DNA of 64,000 nucleotides. Origin: Acidimicrobiales bacterium (lineage in GTDB: Bacteria; Actinomycetota; Acidimicrobiia; Acidimicrobiales; SZUA-35). A model generated the notes under the pieces. It searched no databases and was not told the DNA's origin. It worked only from the letters and a program-made list of their open reading frames with translations. Shown here piece after piece: positions 1 to 8,426 of this stretch (its first letter is position 1; each line of letters opens with the position of its first letter). The DNA lies in assembly GCA_047638695.1 (NCBI GenBank), contig JBLINY010000014.1, positions 1,488 through 65,487 on the forward strand, given 5' to 3'. Made by a program: the position numbers and the translations under genes.

Positions 1-1129
1 CGTTCTCGAGGTCGGCGAGCCCGTCGCCCTGTTCCTCGGTGCCGAGGGACCGGGCCTCTCGGCCGGCACGCTCGAGACTGTCGAAGAGCGAGTACGAATT
101 CCGATGTCCGGCTCCGTCGATTCCATCAACGTCGGTTCCGCCGCCGCCGTCGCCTTCTACGCGGTCCAGCAGGCTCGGCGCACGCTCTAGGCGGCTCGGT
201 GGCCAGAGAAGCGATTCATCAACCACAGTCGCGCTATCTAGGACGTCTTCATCGGTGACAGAAGCATCGTCGGCCGATTCATTGGCAGAGGGTTCGGAGA
301 ATGAGACAGTCTGCTCAGCTGCGATCCGATCGAGTAGTTCACCGGAATCGGGACCGTCCGCCCTGGTGGTTCGGGGCACGAACTCCTGGTCGATGCCGTC
401 AGCTCGTGCCGCCGGCGTTGAGCGGGCAGCGGCAGCCAACGCGGCAACAGCGGCGTGGACGTCGCCGATCGTCTCTAGCCGGACGGGAAAGGGAACCCGG
501 CTTTGACTGGTCCGTCCCGGTTCGGTGACCGAGAGAACGAGACCGTAACGGTCGAGGTGGACGAGTTCAGCGGCAGAGGCCAACCACCGGCCAGCAAGCC
601 CTCGAGCGAGTAACAAGATGTCGTCGTCGAGGCGGTCGATCAGCTCAGGTAGGAGTTGCTCGACGTGTTCTCCGAGCGGGTCGGGTTGGGCGCCCGCTAC
701 ATCCTCAGGCCTGATCCAACGCTCGTCGCCGTCGCCGTCGGTCCAGCGCACCCGAGTCGACTCGAGACGTAGCCACGAATAGTCCAAGGACTCCACTTGG
801 ACGGCGAGCTGAGGATGGCGGGCCAAGAACTGTTCTTGAAGCTCGATCTGTTGCAAACCGGGCACCGGCCGCAGGTCACCCTGCACCAACAGGCGATCGC
901 CGATGGCCATACCGGCTCGCTGATCTTGACGGCCTCGCATGGTGTGGGTCGACAGGTTGGACATCACGGTTACAGGAGAGCCCGCGCCGTCGTCGACAAT
1001 CGGGACCGTGCCCACCGCCGGTCGGCCATCGAGGTCGACTGTTGCCAGCACCCCAGCTGGCGAGCAGGCGATGACTGTACGCGCCAGTTCGGCCATCGAT
1101 GGTTGGAGTAGCTCCGTTAGGTCGGGCAT
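1..1129 (-). CDS. Pyridoxamine-5'-phosphate-oxidase-like / DUF2470 (HugZ-like heme-utilisation) protein; 3' end undefined
   Basis: ATG at 1129-1127. The hand translation MPDLTELLQPSMAELARTVIACSPAGVLATVDLDGRPAVGTVPIVDDG...LDDDILLLARGLAGRWLASAAELVHLDRYGLVLSV resembles a split-barrel FMN-binding fold followed by DUF2470. The recognisable part ends near 424. The frame then stays open to position 1 (see finding). This ORF is missing from the ORF track because no stop lies inside the window. Confidence 0.55.
   Translation of the reverse strand, partial: MPDLTELLQPSMAELARTVIACSPAGVLATVDLDGRPAVGTVPIVDDGAGSPVTVMSNLSTHTMRGRQDQRAGMAIGDRLLVQGDLRPVPGLQQIELQEQFLARHPQLAVQVESLDYSWLRLESTRVRWTDGDGDERWIRPEDVAGAQPDPLGEHVEQLLPELIDRLDDDILLLARGLAGRWLASAAELVHLDRYGLVLSVTEPGRTSQSRVPFPVRLETIGDVHAAVAALAAAARSTPAARADGIDQEFVPRTTRADGPDSGELLDRIAAEQTVSFSEPSANESADDASVTDEDVLDSATVVDESLLWPPSRLERAPSLLDRVEGDGGGGTDVDGIDGAGHRNSYSLFDSLERAGREARSLGTEEQGDGLADLEN
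2..190 (+). CDS. SpoU/TrmH-family RNA 2'-O-methyltransferase, C-terminal fragment (5' end outside window)
   Basis: The frame is open from the window edge. The translation ...ALFLGAEGPGLSAGTLETVEERVRIPMSGSVDSINVGSAAAVAFYAVQQARRTL* shows the SpoU C-terminal motifs (GxEGxGLS and IPM.G.vdSlNVs.AAa..Y). TAG stop at 188-190. Confidence 0.8.
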   Translation, partial: VLEVGEPVALFLGAEGPGLSAGTLETVEERVRIPMSGSVDSINVGSAAAVAFYAVQQARRTL

Positions 1130-1204
1130 GAGAGGAGTTTTCGACCCTCTCGGGGGCTGACTTGAGTAAACGGAGAGCGGCACCAGCGCGCTTACGCTGC
1201 AGAG

Positions 1205-2812
1205 ATGATCGCAAGCACGATGCAAGACGCTCCTCTCAGCATTCAGCACCTTCTACGTCACGGGCGCACCGTGCATGCTGATTCGGTTGTTCTCACTGCC
1301 GTCGGCGATGAGATTCAAGAGGCAACGTTCGCAGCGGTGGCCGATCGAGCCGACAAACTGGCTGCCGCGCTGAAGCGCCTTGGCGTACAGCCGGGTGATC
1401 GCGTCGGTACCTTTCTCTGGAACAACCAGACGCACATGGAGGCCTATCTCGCCATCCCGTGCATGGGAGCTGTTCTCCATACCCTGAACATTCGTTTGTT
1501 CGCCGAGCAGTTGGCGTACATCATCAATCACGCCGAAGACAAGGTCATCATCGTCGACGCGTCCATAGCGCCGATGCTGGCAGCGGTACGCGATGATCTA
1601 ACAACGGTTGAACACATCATCGCAGTGGGGTCGGGCGATCTCGCTGGGCTGGGCGACACCCTTGATTACGAACAGCTGCTGGCAGCTGAAACCGGGGGCT
1701 TTGACTACCCCGAGGTCGACGAACGGGCCGCAGCTGGAATGTGTTACACCAGCGGGACCACCGGCAATCCCAAGGGCGTTGCCTACTCCCATCGTTCGAT
1801 TTACCTGCACTCGATGTCGGTCTCGTCAGCCCAGGCATTGGCCGTTGGGCAGGCCGATCGACTGTTGTTGATTGTTCCTATGTTCCACGCCATGGCTTGG
1901 GGCATGCCCTACGCCGGGTGGTGGACGGGGGCCGACCTTGTGATGCCCCAACAGTTCCTTCAGGCTGCGCCGCTGAAACGGATCATCGAGCAGACGCGGC
2001 CGACCTTCTCTGGCGCAGTTCCCACCGTGCTCAACGACCTCTTGGCCAACGCTCCAGACGCCGACTTGTCGTCATTGCGGGGCATTGTCTGTGGTGGCTC
2101 GGCCGTCCCCCGGTCGTTGTTCGATGGTTACGACAACACCTTCAACGTCCCGGTCATCCAAGCTTGGGGAATGACCGAAACCAGTCCGTTGGCGGCCATC
2201 GCCACGGTGCCGAAGGGAACGCCAGAGAACGAGGCGATCGACTGGCGTGTCCGAACTGGTCGTGTGCTGCCCGGTGTCGAGATTCGCATCACCGACGAAG
2301 ACGGGAAGGCCATGCCTTGGGACGGTACGGCAGTCGGTGAGATCGAGATCCGGGGTCCTTGGATCACCGCTAGCTATTACAACGCCGAAGCCGACGAGAA
2401 GTTCAACGACGGTTGGCTTCGGACCGGAGACGTTGGATCGGTCGAGTCAAATGGGTTCGTCCAAATTTCGGACCGAGCCAAGGACGTCATCAAGTCTGGC
2501 GGCGAATGGATCAGCTCGGTCGACCTCGAGAACGAGTTGATGGGGCACCCCGGGGTGCTCGAGGCGGCGGTGGTCGGCGTCCCCGACGACCGGTTCGACG
2601 AACGTCCTATGGCCTGTATCGTCGCCGCTGCCGGAGCTAAACCCGAACCGGCCGAACTACGGGCCTATCTCGAAGGACGGGTAGCCAAGTGGTGGTTGCC
2701 CGAGCGGTGGACCTTCATCGACGAGGTGCCGAAGACATCGGTTGGCAAATTCGACAAGAAGGTGCTTCGGGCCCAATACGCCGACGACCAGCTCAAGGTC
2801 ATCACCGTCTGA
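1205..2812 (+). CDS. AMP-dependent acyl-CoA synthetase / fatty-acid--CoA ligase
   Basis: 535 aa. AMP-binding signature MCYTSGTTGNPKGVAYSHRS, plus later GWLRTGDVG and KSGGEWISS motifs and a C-terminal PKTSVGKFDKK. Confidence 0.9.
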   Translation: MIASTMQDAPLSIQHLLRHGRTVHADSVVLTAVGDEIQEATFAAVADRADKLAAALKRLGVQPGDRVGTFLWNNQTHMEAYLAIPCMGAVLHTLNIRLFAEQLAYIINHAEDKVIIVDASIAPMLAAVRDDLTTVEHIIAVGSGDLAGLGDTLDYEQLLAAETGGFDYPEVDERAAAGMCYTSGTTGNPKGVAYSHRSIYLHSMSVSSAQALAVGQADRLLLIVPMFHAMAWGMPYAGWWTGADLVMPQQFLQAAPLKRIIEQTRPTFSGAVPTVLNDLLANAPDADLSSLRGIVCGGSAVPRSLFDGYDNTFNVPVIQAWGMTETSPLAAIATVPKGTPENEAIDWRVRTGRVLPGVEIRITDEDGKAMPWDGTAVGEIEIRGPWITASYYNAEADEKFNDGWLRTGDVGSVESNGFVQISDRAKDVIKSGGEWISSVDLENELMGHPGVLEAAVVGVPDDRFDERPMACIVAAAGAKPEPAELRAYLEGRVAKWWLPERWTFIDEVPKTSVGKFDKKVLRAQYADDQLKVITV

Positions 2813-3849
2813 TGCGTACCTGTATTCAGGTCGGGGCTGACGGCGACTGGCAGGAGACGGTCACCTATGTGACCGAGGCCGAGCGGCTTGGTGTTGACAT
2901 TTGTTGGGTGGCCGAGGCATGGGGGTCTGACGCGGTCACACCGCTGAGCTATCTGGCTGCCAAGACCGAGACGATCCTGCTGGGAGCGGGAATCTTCCAG
3001 GTTGGCGCTCGCTCGGCCACGATGACGGCGATGACGTCGATGGCTCTGCAGAAGGTGTCCGACGGCCGCTTCCTGCTCGGATTGGGGGCCAGCGGGCCAC
3101 AGATTATCGAGGGCATGCATGGCGTGCCGTTCGCCAACCCCAAGTCGCGCCTGATTGATGTGCTCGACGTCTTCGATCTAGCCGCAGCCGGCGAGAAGAT
3201 CATGATCGACTCCCCCACCCTGCAGCTGCCTCTGCCCGGGGGCCAGGGTAAGGCAATGCGGCTGTCGCTTCGCCCACCAGAGATACCAATTCCCGTGTAC
3301 ATCGCGAGCATGTCTCCCGCCATGCTCGAACTCACCGGAGTCCGCGCCGACGGTTGGATGGGCACCAGTTTCATTCCGGAGGGGGCAGAGGCCGCGTACT
3401 TCCGTCACCTTCGGCGAGGCGCAGCCTCGGCCAGTCGTTCGCTGGCCGACATCGACCTGTGTCAGGGAGCCGAAGTGGCGTTTGGTAACGATCTCGAAGC
3501 GATGGCAGCGGCTCGCAAGCCCGGCCTCGCCTTCAGCTTGGGTGGGATGGGGTCGGTCGACACCAACTTTTACAACTCGGCCTATGGGCGTCAGGGGTAC
3601 GCCGGCGTTGCGGCTGAAGCTCAGCGTCTATGGGTGGCCGGCGATCGAGCCGCGGCGGCCGACGTCATCCCCGACGAGATGGTGTTGGGCACCACGCTCA
3701 TCGGTCCTGCCGACCACGTAACCGCCCGATTGCAGGCTTGGAAAGACGCTGGGATCGACAGCATCCGTCTGTACCCAGCGGGCGACACGGTCGATGAACG
3801 GCTTGACACCCTTGGGCGAGCCCTCGACCTTGTTGCCGGGCTGGCATGA
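2812..3849 (+). CDS. LLM-class (luciferase-like) F420-dependent oxidoreductase
   Basis: ATG at 2812 overlaps the upstream TGA (2810-2812), indicating coupling. MRTCIQVGADG...ERLGVDICWVAEAWGSDAVTPLSYLAAKTETILLGAGIFQVGARS...RFLLGLGASGPQ is typical of the LLM TIM-barrel family. The track start at 2689 lies inside the upstream gene and was rejected. Confidence 0.85.
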   Translation: MRTCIQVGADGDWQETVTYVTEAERLGVDICWVAEAWGSDAVTPLSYLAAKTETILLGAGIFQVGARSATMTAMTSMALQKVSDGRFLLGLGASGPQIIEGMHGVPFANPKSRLIDVLDVFDLAAAGEKIMIDSPTLQLPLPGGQGKAMRLSLRPPEIPIPVYIASMSPAMLELTGVRADGWMGTSFIPEGAEAAYFRHLRRGAASASRSLADIDLCQGAEVAFGNDLEAMAAARKPGLAFSLGGMGSVDTNFYNSAYGRQGYAGVAAEAQRLWVAGDRAAAADVIPDEMVLGTTLIGPADHVTARLQAWKDAGIDSIRLYPAGDTVDERLDTLGRALDLVAGLA

Positions 3850-4265
3850 TCAACGACCAGATCAACGACCAGATCAACGACCAGATCAACAACCAGACGA
3901 GCGTCGAGCAGTCTGGCGACGAACCGGTCTCAGCGAGGTGGGTCAACGCCGCGTCCAAGATTCTTGCCGGGCATCCTGATGATGTTCTGCGCGTGCTCCA
4001 GCGTCTAGAGGCTGACGCATTGTCGAATGTGGCCGAGTCAGTGCACCAGATCCAACGGCAGCGAGCCGTCGACGACGGTGATCACGACAGCATCATCGAT
4101 CAGGCCTTCGAAAGCGGGTTTGGCCGTGATGGCCTGGGTCACCTGCCCTGGATCGAGGGTTCGGTCGTCGTGTGTCCCGGAGGGATCATCACCAAGAGTC
4201 GCAGCAGCCACCGGTGTCGCTTTATTAGTGTGAACAACAGCTGGGTATGGGACTGCTACGAGTGA
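3846..4265 (+). CDS. Hypothetical protein with N-terminal (INDQ)x3-INNQ repeat; the reading frame continues past its TGA to 4478
   Basis: ATG 3846 overlaps the upstream TGA (ATGA). The codon third positions look coding-like. I recognise no family. In-frame TGA at 4263-4265, followed by 70 more sense codons with strong GC3, ending at TGA 4476-4478. Confidence 0.5.
   Translation: MINDQINDQINDQINNQTSVEQSGDEPVSARWVNAASKILAGHPDDVLRVLQRLEADALSNVAESVHQIQRQRAVDDGDHDSIIDQAFESGFGRDGLGHLPWIEGSVVVCPGGIITKSRSSHRCRFISVNNSWVWDCYE
3849..3896. repeat. 12-bp tandem repeat atcaacgaccag x3 plus one variant (atcaacaaccag)
   Basis: Read directly at 3849-3896. It is in frame and encodes INDQ INDQ INDQ INNQ. Confidence 0.9.
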
Positions 4266-4499
4266 CTGCGAGAGGACAAGCGATCGACCGCGGGTGCTCT
4301 TGACGGGTTTCGGGCCATCGCCCTCGTGCCGGTGCTGAACGGCATGGAACTCGATGTCGTGAGCGGCAAGGCCCGAAGCGGCCAGCACTCGGTCGACAAG
4401 GTGATCTCGTTCAAGGTGAAGCGAGGCAAGCTGGTCGAGGTAGCCCAGCGTAACGTGACCCCCGCCGGGATGAAGTGATCTCAACCGGTCGCCCAGCTA

Positions 4500-6155
4500 T
4501 CACGACCCACGCACGGTGTTGATCAAGCCAACCGCGTCGACGGGGCACTGATCGGACCGCCACGCGATCATCAGGTCGGGTCGGACAAGCGCCAGGCGAG
4601 CGTCGTAGACCTCGGCCACCGTTGGGTCGGCCAATTCGACTACCCGCAGCGGTAGACCTGCGGCCTTGGCCGCATCTACCAGTGGCGCAACGTCTGGAGC
4701 GTCTGGCCCGATGCGTAGCAGCGTGAAATCTGAGCCGAGTCGATCAAAGAGCGCCTGGCCATCGTCGAGCCACACGTGCGGGGCACGATGCCCCGGTCGG
4801 GCCACCGGTAGATATCGACGAGCATCGTCGGGTGGCTCGGGTGTGCCATCTGGAACGATGATGGGTGAGCCCTCATAGCGGTACCCCAACAGCGTGCCCG
4901 ACGAGGCAATGAGCTTTTCTTGGTCCTTGATGTCGGCCTTGAGCGCTTGGCGAATCGCGTCGCCTGCCGGACCCTCTTCGTCAATCTCGTCCCCATTCTG
5001 CATGACGCGAAACAGATGGTCGAAGCAGTCTGCAGCTTCTTGGGTGTTGCGATGACCTATCGGCCGTCGCTCACGGTCATAGCTAGCGAGAAGCTCTGGC
5101 CCGGCCCAACCGTCAAGTGAGGCCTGAAGTCGCCACGCCAACTCGATCGCGTCGGACACACCGGTGTTCATGCCGAACCCGCCGGTGGGACTGAACAGAT
5201 GTGCGGCATCACCAGCGAGGAAGCAACGTCCGTCGGAGTACCGCTCGGCTACCAGGGCGTGGGCGTCCCACGGCTGCACCGAGTAGACGTGAACATCGAA
5301 CTCAGCGCCAACGACATCGGTAACTGCTTTGACTGGATCGACGTCTTGCCAGTCCTGACCATCGTCGAGGATCAGGTGATAGGTGTAGGTCTGATCGTCG
5401 TCCCATGTGAGCAAGAAGCCACGATGGTCCTTGTGCAGCGGGAAGAAGATGTTGCCATGGCCAAACGGGTGAGCGTTGATCATCTCCGGTGCTCGGAAGT
5501 ACACCGACACGAACGAAGCCAGGCTCGAGGTGCCCTCGTAGTCGATGCCGAGTTGGCGACGGACCGTTGAGCGCCCCCCGTCACACCCGACCAGGAACGA
5601 TGTCTCGACCGTCTCTATACGACCGGTCGTGAGCTCTTCGGTGCGGCAGGTCACTTTATCGCCGTCGTCGGCAAAATCAAGCAGTCGCCATTGGAAGCGA
5701 AAATCGACGGCCGGCTGGTCAACGATGTAGTCGAGGATCACCTGCTCGACTTCGTTCTGACCGGTGATGGTCTTGAGGTAGGGCGACCAGTTGTGCTCGG
5801 CCTCGGTGTACCCACCAGTTTGGCGGGTCAGCAGAAGCTGATCGAACGGTGGCAACGAGACGCGATGGATCTCTCGCCCGTGCAGTGTGGTGACCCACAA
5901 GTATTCGGCGGGCAGATCGGGCGGGATTCCTGCGTTCGTGATCGCCTCATCGACCCCCCACCGCCGGTAATACTCCATCGTTCGATTGGCGACCGCATTG
6001 GCCCGGGGGTGATCGTTCAGCCCAGGGCGCTCCTCCAACACGAGGCACTCAACGCCTCGCCAACCGAGTTCGGCTGCGAGCGAGAGCCCAACGGATCCAC
6101 CGCCCACGACTATGACCGGATACCTCGACCGCAGGGCTTCATCGCTGCGGATCAT
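4500..6155 (-). CDS. FAD-dependent aromatic-ring monooxygenase (PheA/TfdB-type hydroxylase)
   Basis: 551 aa. N-terminal Rossmann motif VIVVGGGSVGLSLAAELGWRGVECLVLEE, a CDGGRSTVR motif, and FLAGDAAHLFSPTGGFGMNTGVSDAIELAWRL. Confidence 0.9.
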   Translation of the reverse strand: MIRSDEALRSRYPVIVVGGGSVGLSLAAELGWRGVECLVLEERPGLNDHPRANAVANRTMEYYRRWGVDEAITNAGIPPDLPAEYLWVTTLHGREIHRVSLPPFDQLLLTRQTGGYTEAEHNWSPYLKTITGQNEVEQVILDYIVDQPAVDFRFQWRLLDFADDGDKVTCRTEELTTGRIETVETSFLVGCDGGRSTVRRQLGIDYEGTSSLASFVSVYFRAPEMINAHPFGHGNIFFPLHKDHRGFLLTWDDDQTYTYHLILDDGQDWQDVDPVKAVTDVVGAEFDVHVYSVQPWDAHALVAERYSDGRCFLAGDAAHLFSPTGGFGMNTGVSDAIELAWRLQASLDGWAGPELLASYDRERRPIGHRNTQEAADCFDHLFRVMQNGDEIDEEGPAGDAIRQALKADIKDQEKLIASSGTLLGYRYEGSPIIVPDGTPEPPDDARRYLPVARPGHRAPHVWLDDGQALFDRLGSDFTLLRIGPDAPDVAPLVDAAKAAGLPLRVVELADPTVAEVYDARLALVRPDLMIAWRSDQCPVDAVGLINTVRGS

Positions 6156-6436
6156 GACGGCGCCACGACCGGGTGGAACGCTCGGATGGTCACCGATTCG
6201 AACAGGCCTGCACGGTTGTAGGGCTCGTCCTCACTGAAGGCGACCGCTGCGGCGCGATCGGCGAAATCTTTGACAATCATGCTGCCGATAGCGGTCGTGC
6301 CATCGTCGGCCAGCAGAGGCCCTCCGAGATACATCGAGTCCATGTGGCCACCGACGAAGTCTCGATGAGCATCACCTATCGAGGCGCGAAGCTCGGCGCC
6401 GTGAGGACGATCGATCATGTGGATCACAAAGAGCAT
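6152..6436 (-). CDS. YciI-like (YCII domain) protein
   Basis: 94 aa. MLFVIHMIDRPHGAELRASIGDAHRDF...GGPLLADDG...EDEPYNRAGLFESVTIRAF fits the YCII pattern. There is a 4-nt ATGA overlap with the downstream monooxygenase. Confidence 0.75.
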   Translation of the reverse strand: MLFVIHMIDRPHGAELRASIGDAHRDFVGGHMDSMYLGGPLLADDGTTAIGSMIVKDFADRAAAVAFSEDEPYNRAGLFESVTIRAFHPVVAPS

Positions 6437-6490
6437 GAGAGAGTCTCTCCCGGCGACGCAACGGTGAGGAAATCCCGATCTTCGTGGACC

Positions 6491-7315
6491 TCAGTCGGTG
6501 TACGAGGCGAGATTTCGATGCTCATCAAGAAATCCCCGAATCGTGCTGTTGAACGCTTTCGGGGCTTCGAGATTGCTCAAATGTCCGGCGCCTTCGAGCA
6601 CCGATAATCGGGCGTCGTTCAGCATCGTCTGCAGCTTGGCGCCGAGCTCGGGTGGGGTGAGCCGATCCTCGCTGCCGAAGATGAGCTGGATCGGCATCTC
6701 GAGCAGGTGAAGGGTGTCTTGCTGGTCGAAGGTCGTCGACGCCCGCAGTGTCTTGAGGTAAGAGTCGACGCGAAGCTGCAGAATGCTCTCGTGTAGTTCC
6801 TGGCGCACCTCGGGTGAACAGTTGGGGCTAACGAGCGACTGGATCAGGCGGGGCGCCAAATCGGCGAAGGTCTTACCTTCTCGGAGCGGCCGCTCTCGCA
6901 GTTCGATGAACTCACGCTGCTTGTCTGGCGTCAGCGCGTTCTCGAAGCCGTAGAAGCAGTCGCACAAGGTAAGTGTTGCGACCAGGTCCAAATGTCGAGG
7001 TGCAAAGTCCATCAAGATGCGGGCGCCCATCGACAGTCCAACGAGGTGGGCGCGAGCGATCCCAAATTGGTCGAAGAGTCGACGCAGGTCATCGCCGAAT
7101 GCAGAGAAGTCAAGGGCCCCGTCGTAGTCATCGGAAGCGCCGTATCCCCGCGCATCCCAGGCCATGCAGGTGTAACTCGCGGACAGCGCTGCCATCTGGA
7201 GGCGCCAGTTCGATCGGTTGCCGCCAATGCCGTGCAAAAAGATGACCGGAGGGCCATTCCCCTCAACTTGCACCGCGACTCGTGGCTGTCCGTCGACGAA
7301 CTTCAGCGTTGTCAC
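6491..7315 (-). CDS. Alpha/beta-fold hydrolase (enol-lactonase / NicD-deformylase-like)
   Basis: 274 aa. VIFLHGIGGNRSNW, nucleophile elbow HLVGLSMGARI, and a C-terminal GAGHLSNLE. Confidence 0.85.
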   Translation of the reverse strand: MTTLKFVDGQPRVAVQVEGNGPPVIFLHGIGGNRSNWRLQMAALSASYTCMAWDARGYGASDDYDGALDFSAFGDDLRRLFDQFGIARAHLVGLSMGARILMDFAPRHLDLVATLTLCDCFYGFENALTPDKQREFIELRERPLREGKTFADLAPRLIQSLVSPNCSPEVRQELHESILQLRVDSYLKTLRASTTFDQQDTLHLLEMPIQLIFGSEDRLTPPELGAKLQTMLNDARLSVLEGAGHLSNLEAPKAFNSTIRGFLDEHRNLASYTD

Positions 7316-7320
7316 GACCG

Positions 7321-8367
7321 CTACCCGACCGCCGACGCGACCACCGCTCCGCTGGCGACGACCTGTGTGTCATCGACAACGATGTCGCAATTGCGCATCG
7401 GCAGATCGAAATGGCAGGCAGTAAATCGGTCGGCGAACTCGTTGGCCCCGGTTGAGAACAGAAAGCTTCCCGCGATGGCCCGCATCTCGGTGCAGTTGAT
7501 ATCGCCTTTGTCGTACATGGTGAGAGAATCCCACCGTGCGCCAGGGTTCAAGCCCCAGCCGACATGCGAGACGGCATAGGCATTCGGGTCGTTCCAACCT
7601 GCGTAGTAGGTGCGCATGAGCTGGGCGTCGAGACCAGCTCCATCGATCGATACCACTCGGTCGTTCTCGACGGTGAGCACGACCTGCGATTCGAAGTATC
7701 GCTTGAAGGTGAGATTGAGGTCACCGACGTCGAGGACGACGGTGCCGTTTGTGGTGTTGGCGAGTGGGAAACAGAGACACAAGCCAGCTGGCCAATACGC
7801 AATCTTGTCGTTGGGCCCCAAGATGCCACCCCCGCCCCGACTAGGTGCTCCCGTTATGTCAACGCTCAGGTCCGTGCCGCTCGGTGACGTAATGTGCATG
7901 GTCGAACCAGAGTCGAGCAGGGTGAGCGCTTTCAGGGATTGCTCGTGCACAAGCGGATCGGGCCGGCATCGCTCTAGCACCTCCGGATGCTCGTTCGAGA
8001 TCATCAGCACCCGCCCACCGGCCCCAAGTAAGTCCTGGCGAGCCTTACTGTGCAGCAGGCCTTCGACCGTGCAGTCGACCACTAATGAGCACGCCCCGAG
8101 TGCCTGCATGATCTCGGGATAGTCGTCGTAGGCATAGGTTGCCCCGGTCGATCGAACCGGGAGTGGGTCCTGTAGTTCCGGTGATGCCACGGTGACGCGT
8201 ACGCCTCGTGCGCCGATGCGATGCAGCGCGTGTTCGGTGAGTTCGACCAGGACGGGCCGACTCTGACTCTCGGCCAACACACCGATCAGATCACCGGCGC
8301 TGACTCCCGACAGACGGAGCGAGTCTTCGAAACAGGCAATCCACTTTGGTTCCAGCACTTCGATCAT
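7321..8367 (-). CDS. NicX-like 2,5-dihydroxypyridine 5,6-dioxygenase family (aminopeptidase-T fold)
   Basis: ATG at 8367 (MIEVLEPKW...). Motifs GTVVLDVGDLNLTFKRY, SHVGWGLNPGARW, GSFLFSTGAN and CHFDLPMRNCDIVVDD match my recollection of Pseudomonas NicX, including the His/His/Asp iron ligand positions. The track start at 8712 is an Arg-rich extension overlapping the upstream gene and was rejected. Confidence 0.75.
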   Translation of the reverse strand: MIEVLEPKWIACFEDSLRLSGVSAGDLIGVLAESQSRPVLVELTEHALHRIGARGVRVTVASPELQDPLPVRSTGATYAYDDYPEIMQALGACSLVVDCTVEGLLHSKARQDLLGAGGRVLMISNEHPEVLERCRPDPLVHEQSLKALTLLDSGSTMHITSPSGTDLSVDITGAPSRGGGGILGPNDKIAYWPAGLCLCFPLANTTNGTVVLDVGDLNLTFKRYFESQVVLTVENDRVVSIDGAGLDAQLMRTYYAGWNDPNAYAVSHVGWGLNPGARWDSLTMYDKGDINCTEMRAIAGSFLFSTGANEFADRFTACHFDLPMRNCDIVVDDTQVVASGAVVASAVG

Positions 8368-8426
8368 GAGCCGAGTTTCGCTCAACCATCTTGAGATCAG
8401 CCAGGCAGCAGGAACATCTCGTGGTT

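Noticed and set aside
39-506. 155-aa plus-strand ORF
   Set aside because: It is a low-complexity Ser/Arg/Ala/Pro sequence. It overlaps the SpoU 3' end in a different frame and the HugZ-like ORF in antisense.
4263-4330. Bacterial SECIS hairpin downstream of the in-frame TGA
   Set aside because: I found only weak or short pairings (for example GGGC-CAUC-GCCC about 45 nt downstream). Nothing is convincing at the expected distance, so selenocysteine remains speculative.
4038-4484. 148-aa minus-strand ORF opposite the TGA-interrupted gene
   Set aside because: Its third codon positions coincide with first positions of the plus-strand frame, which carries the GC3 signal. It has no motifs.
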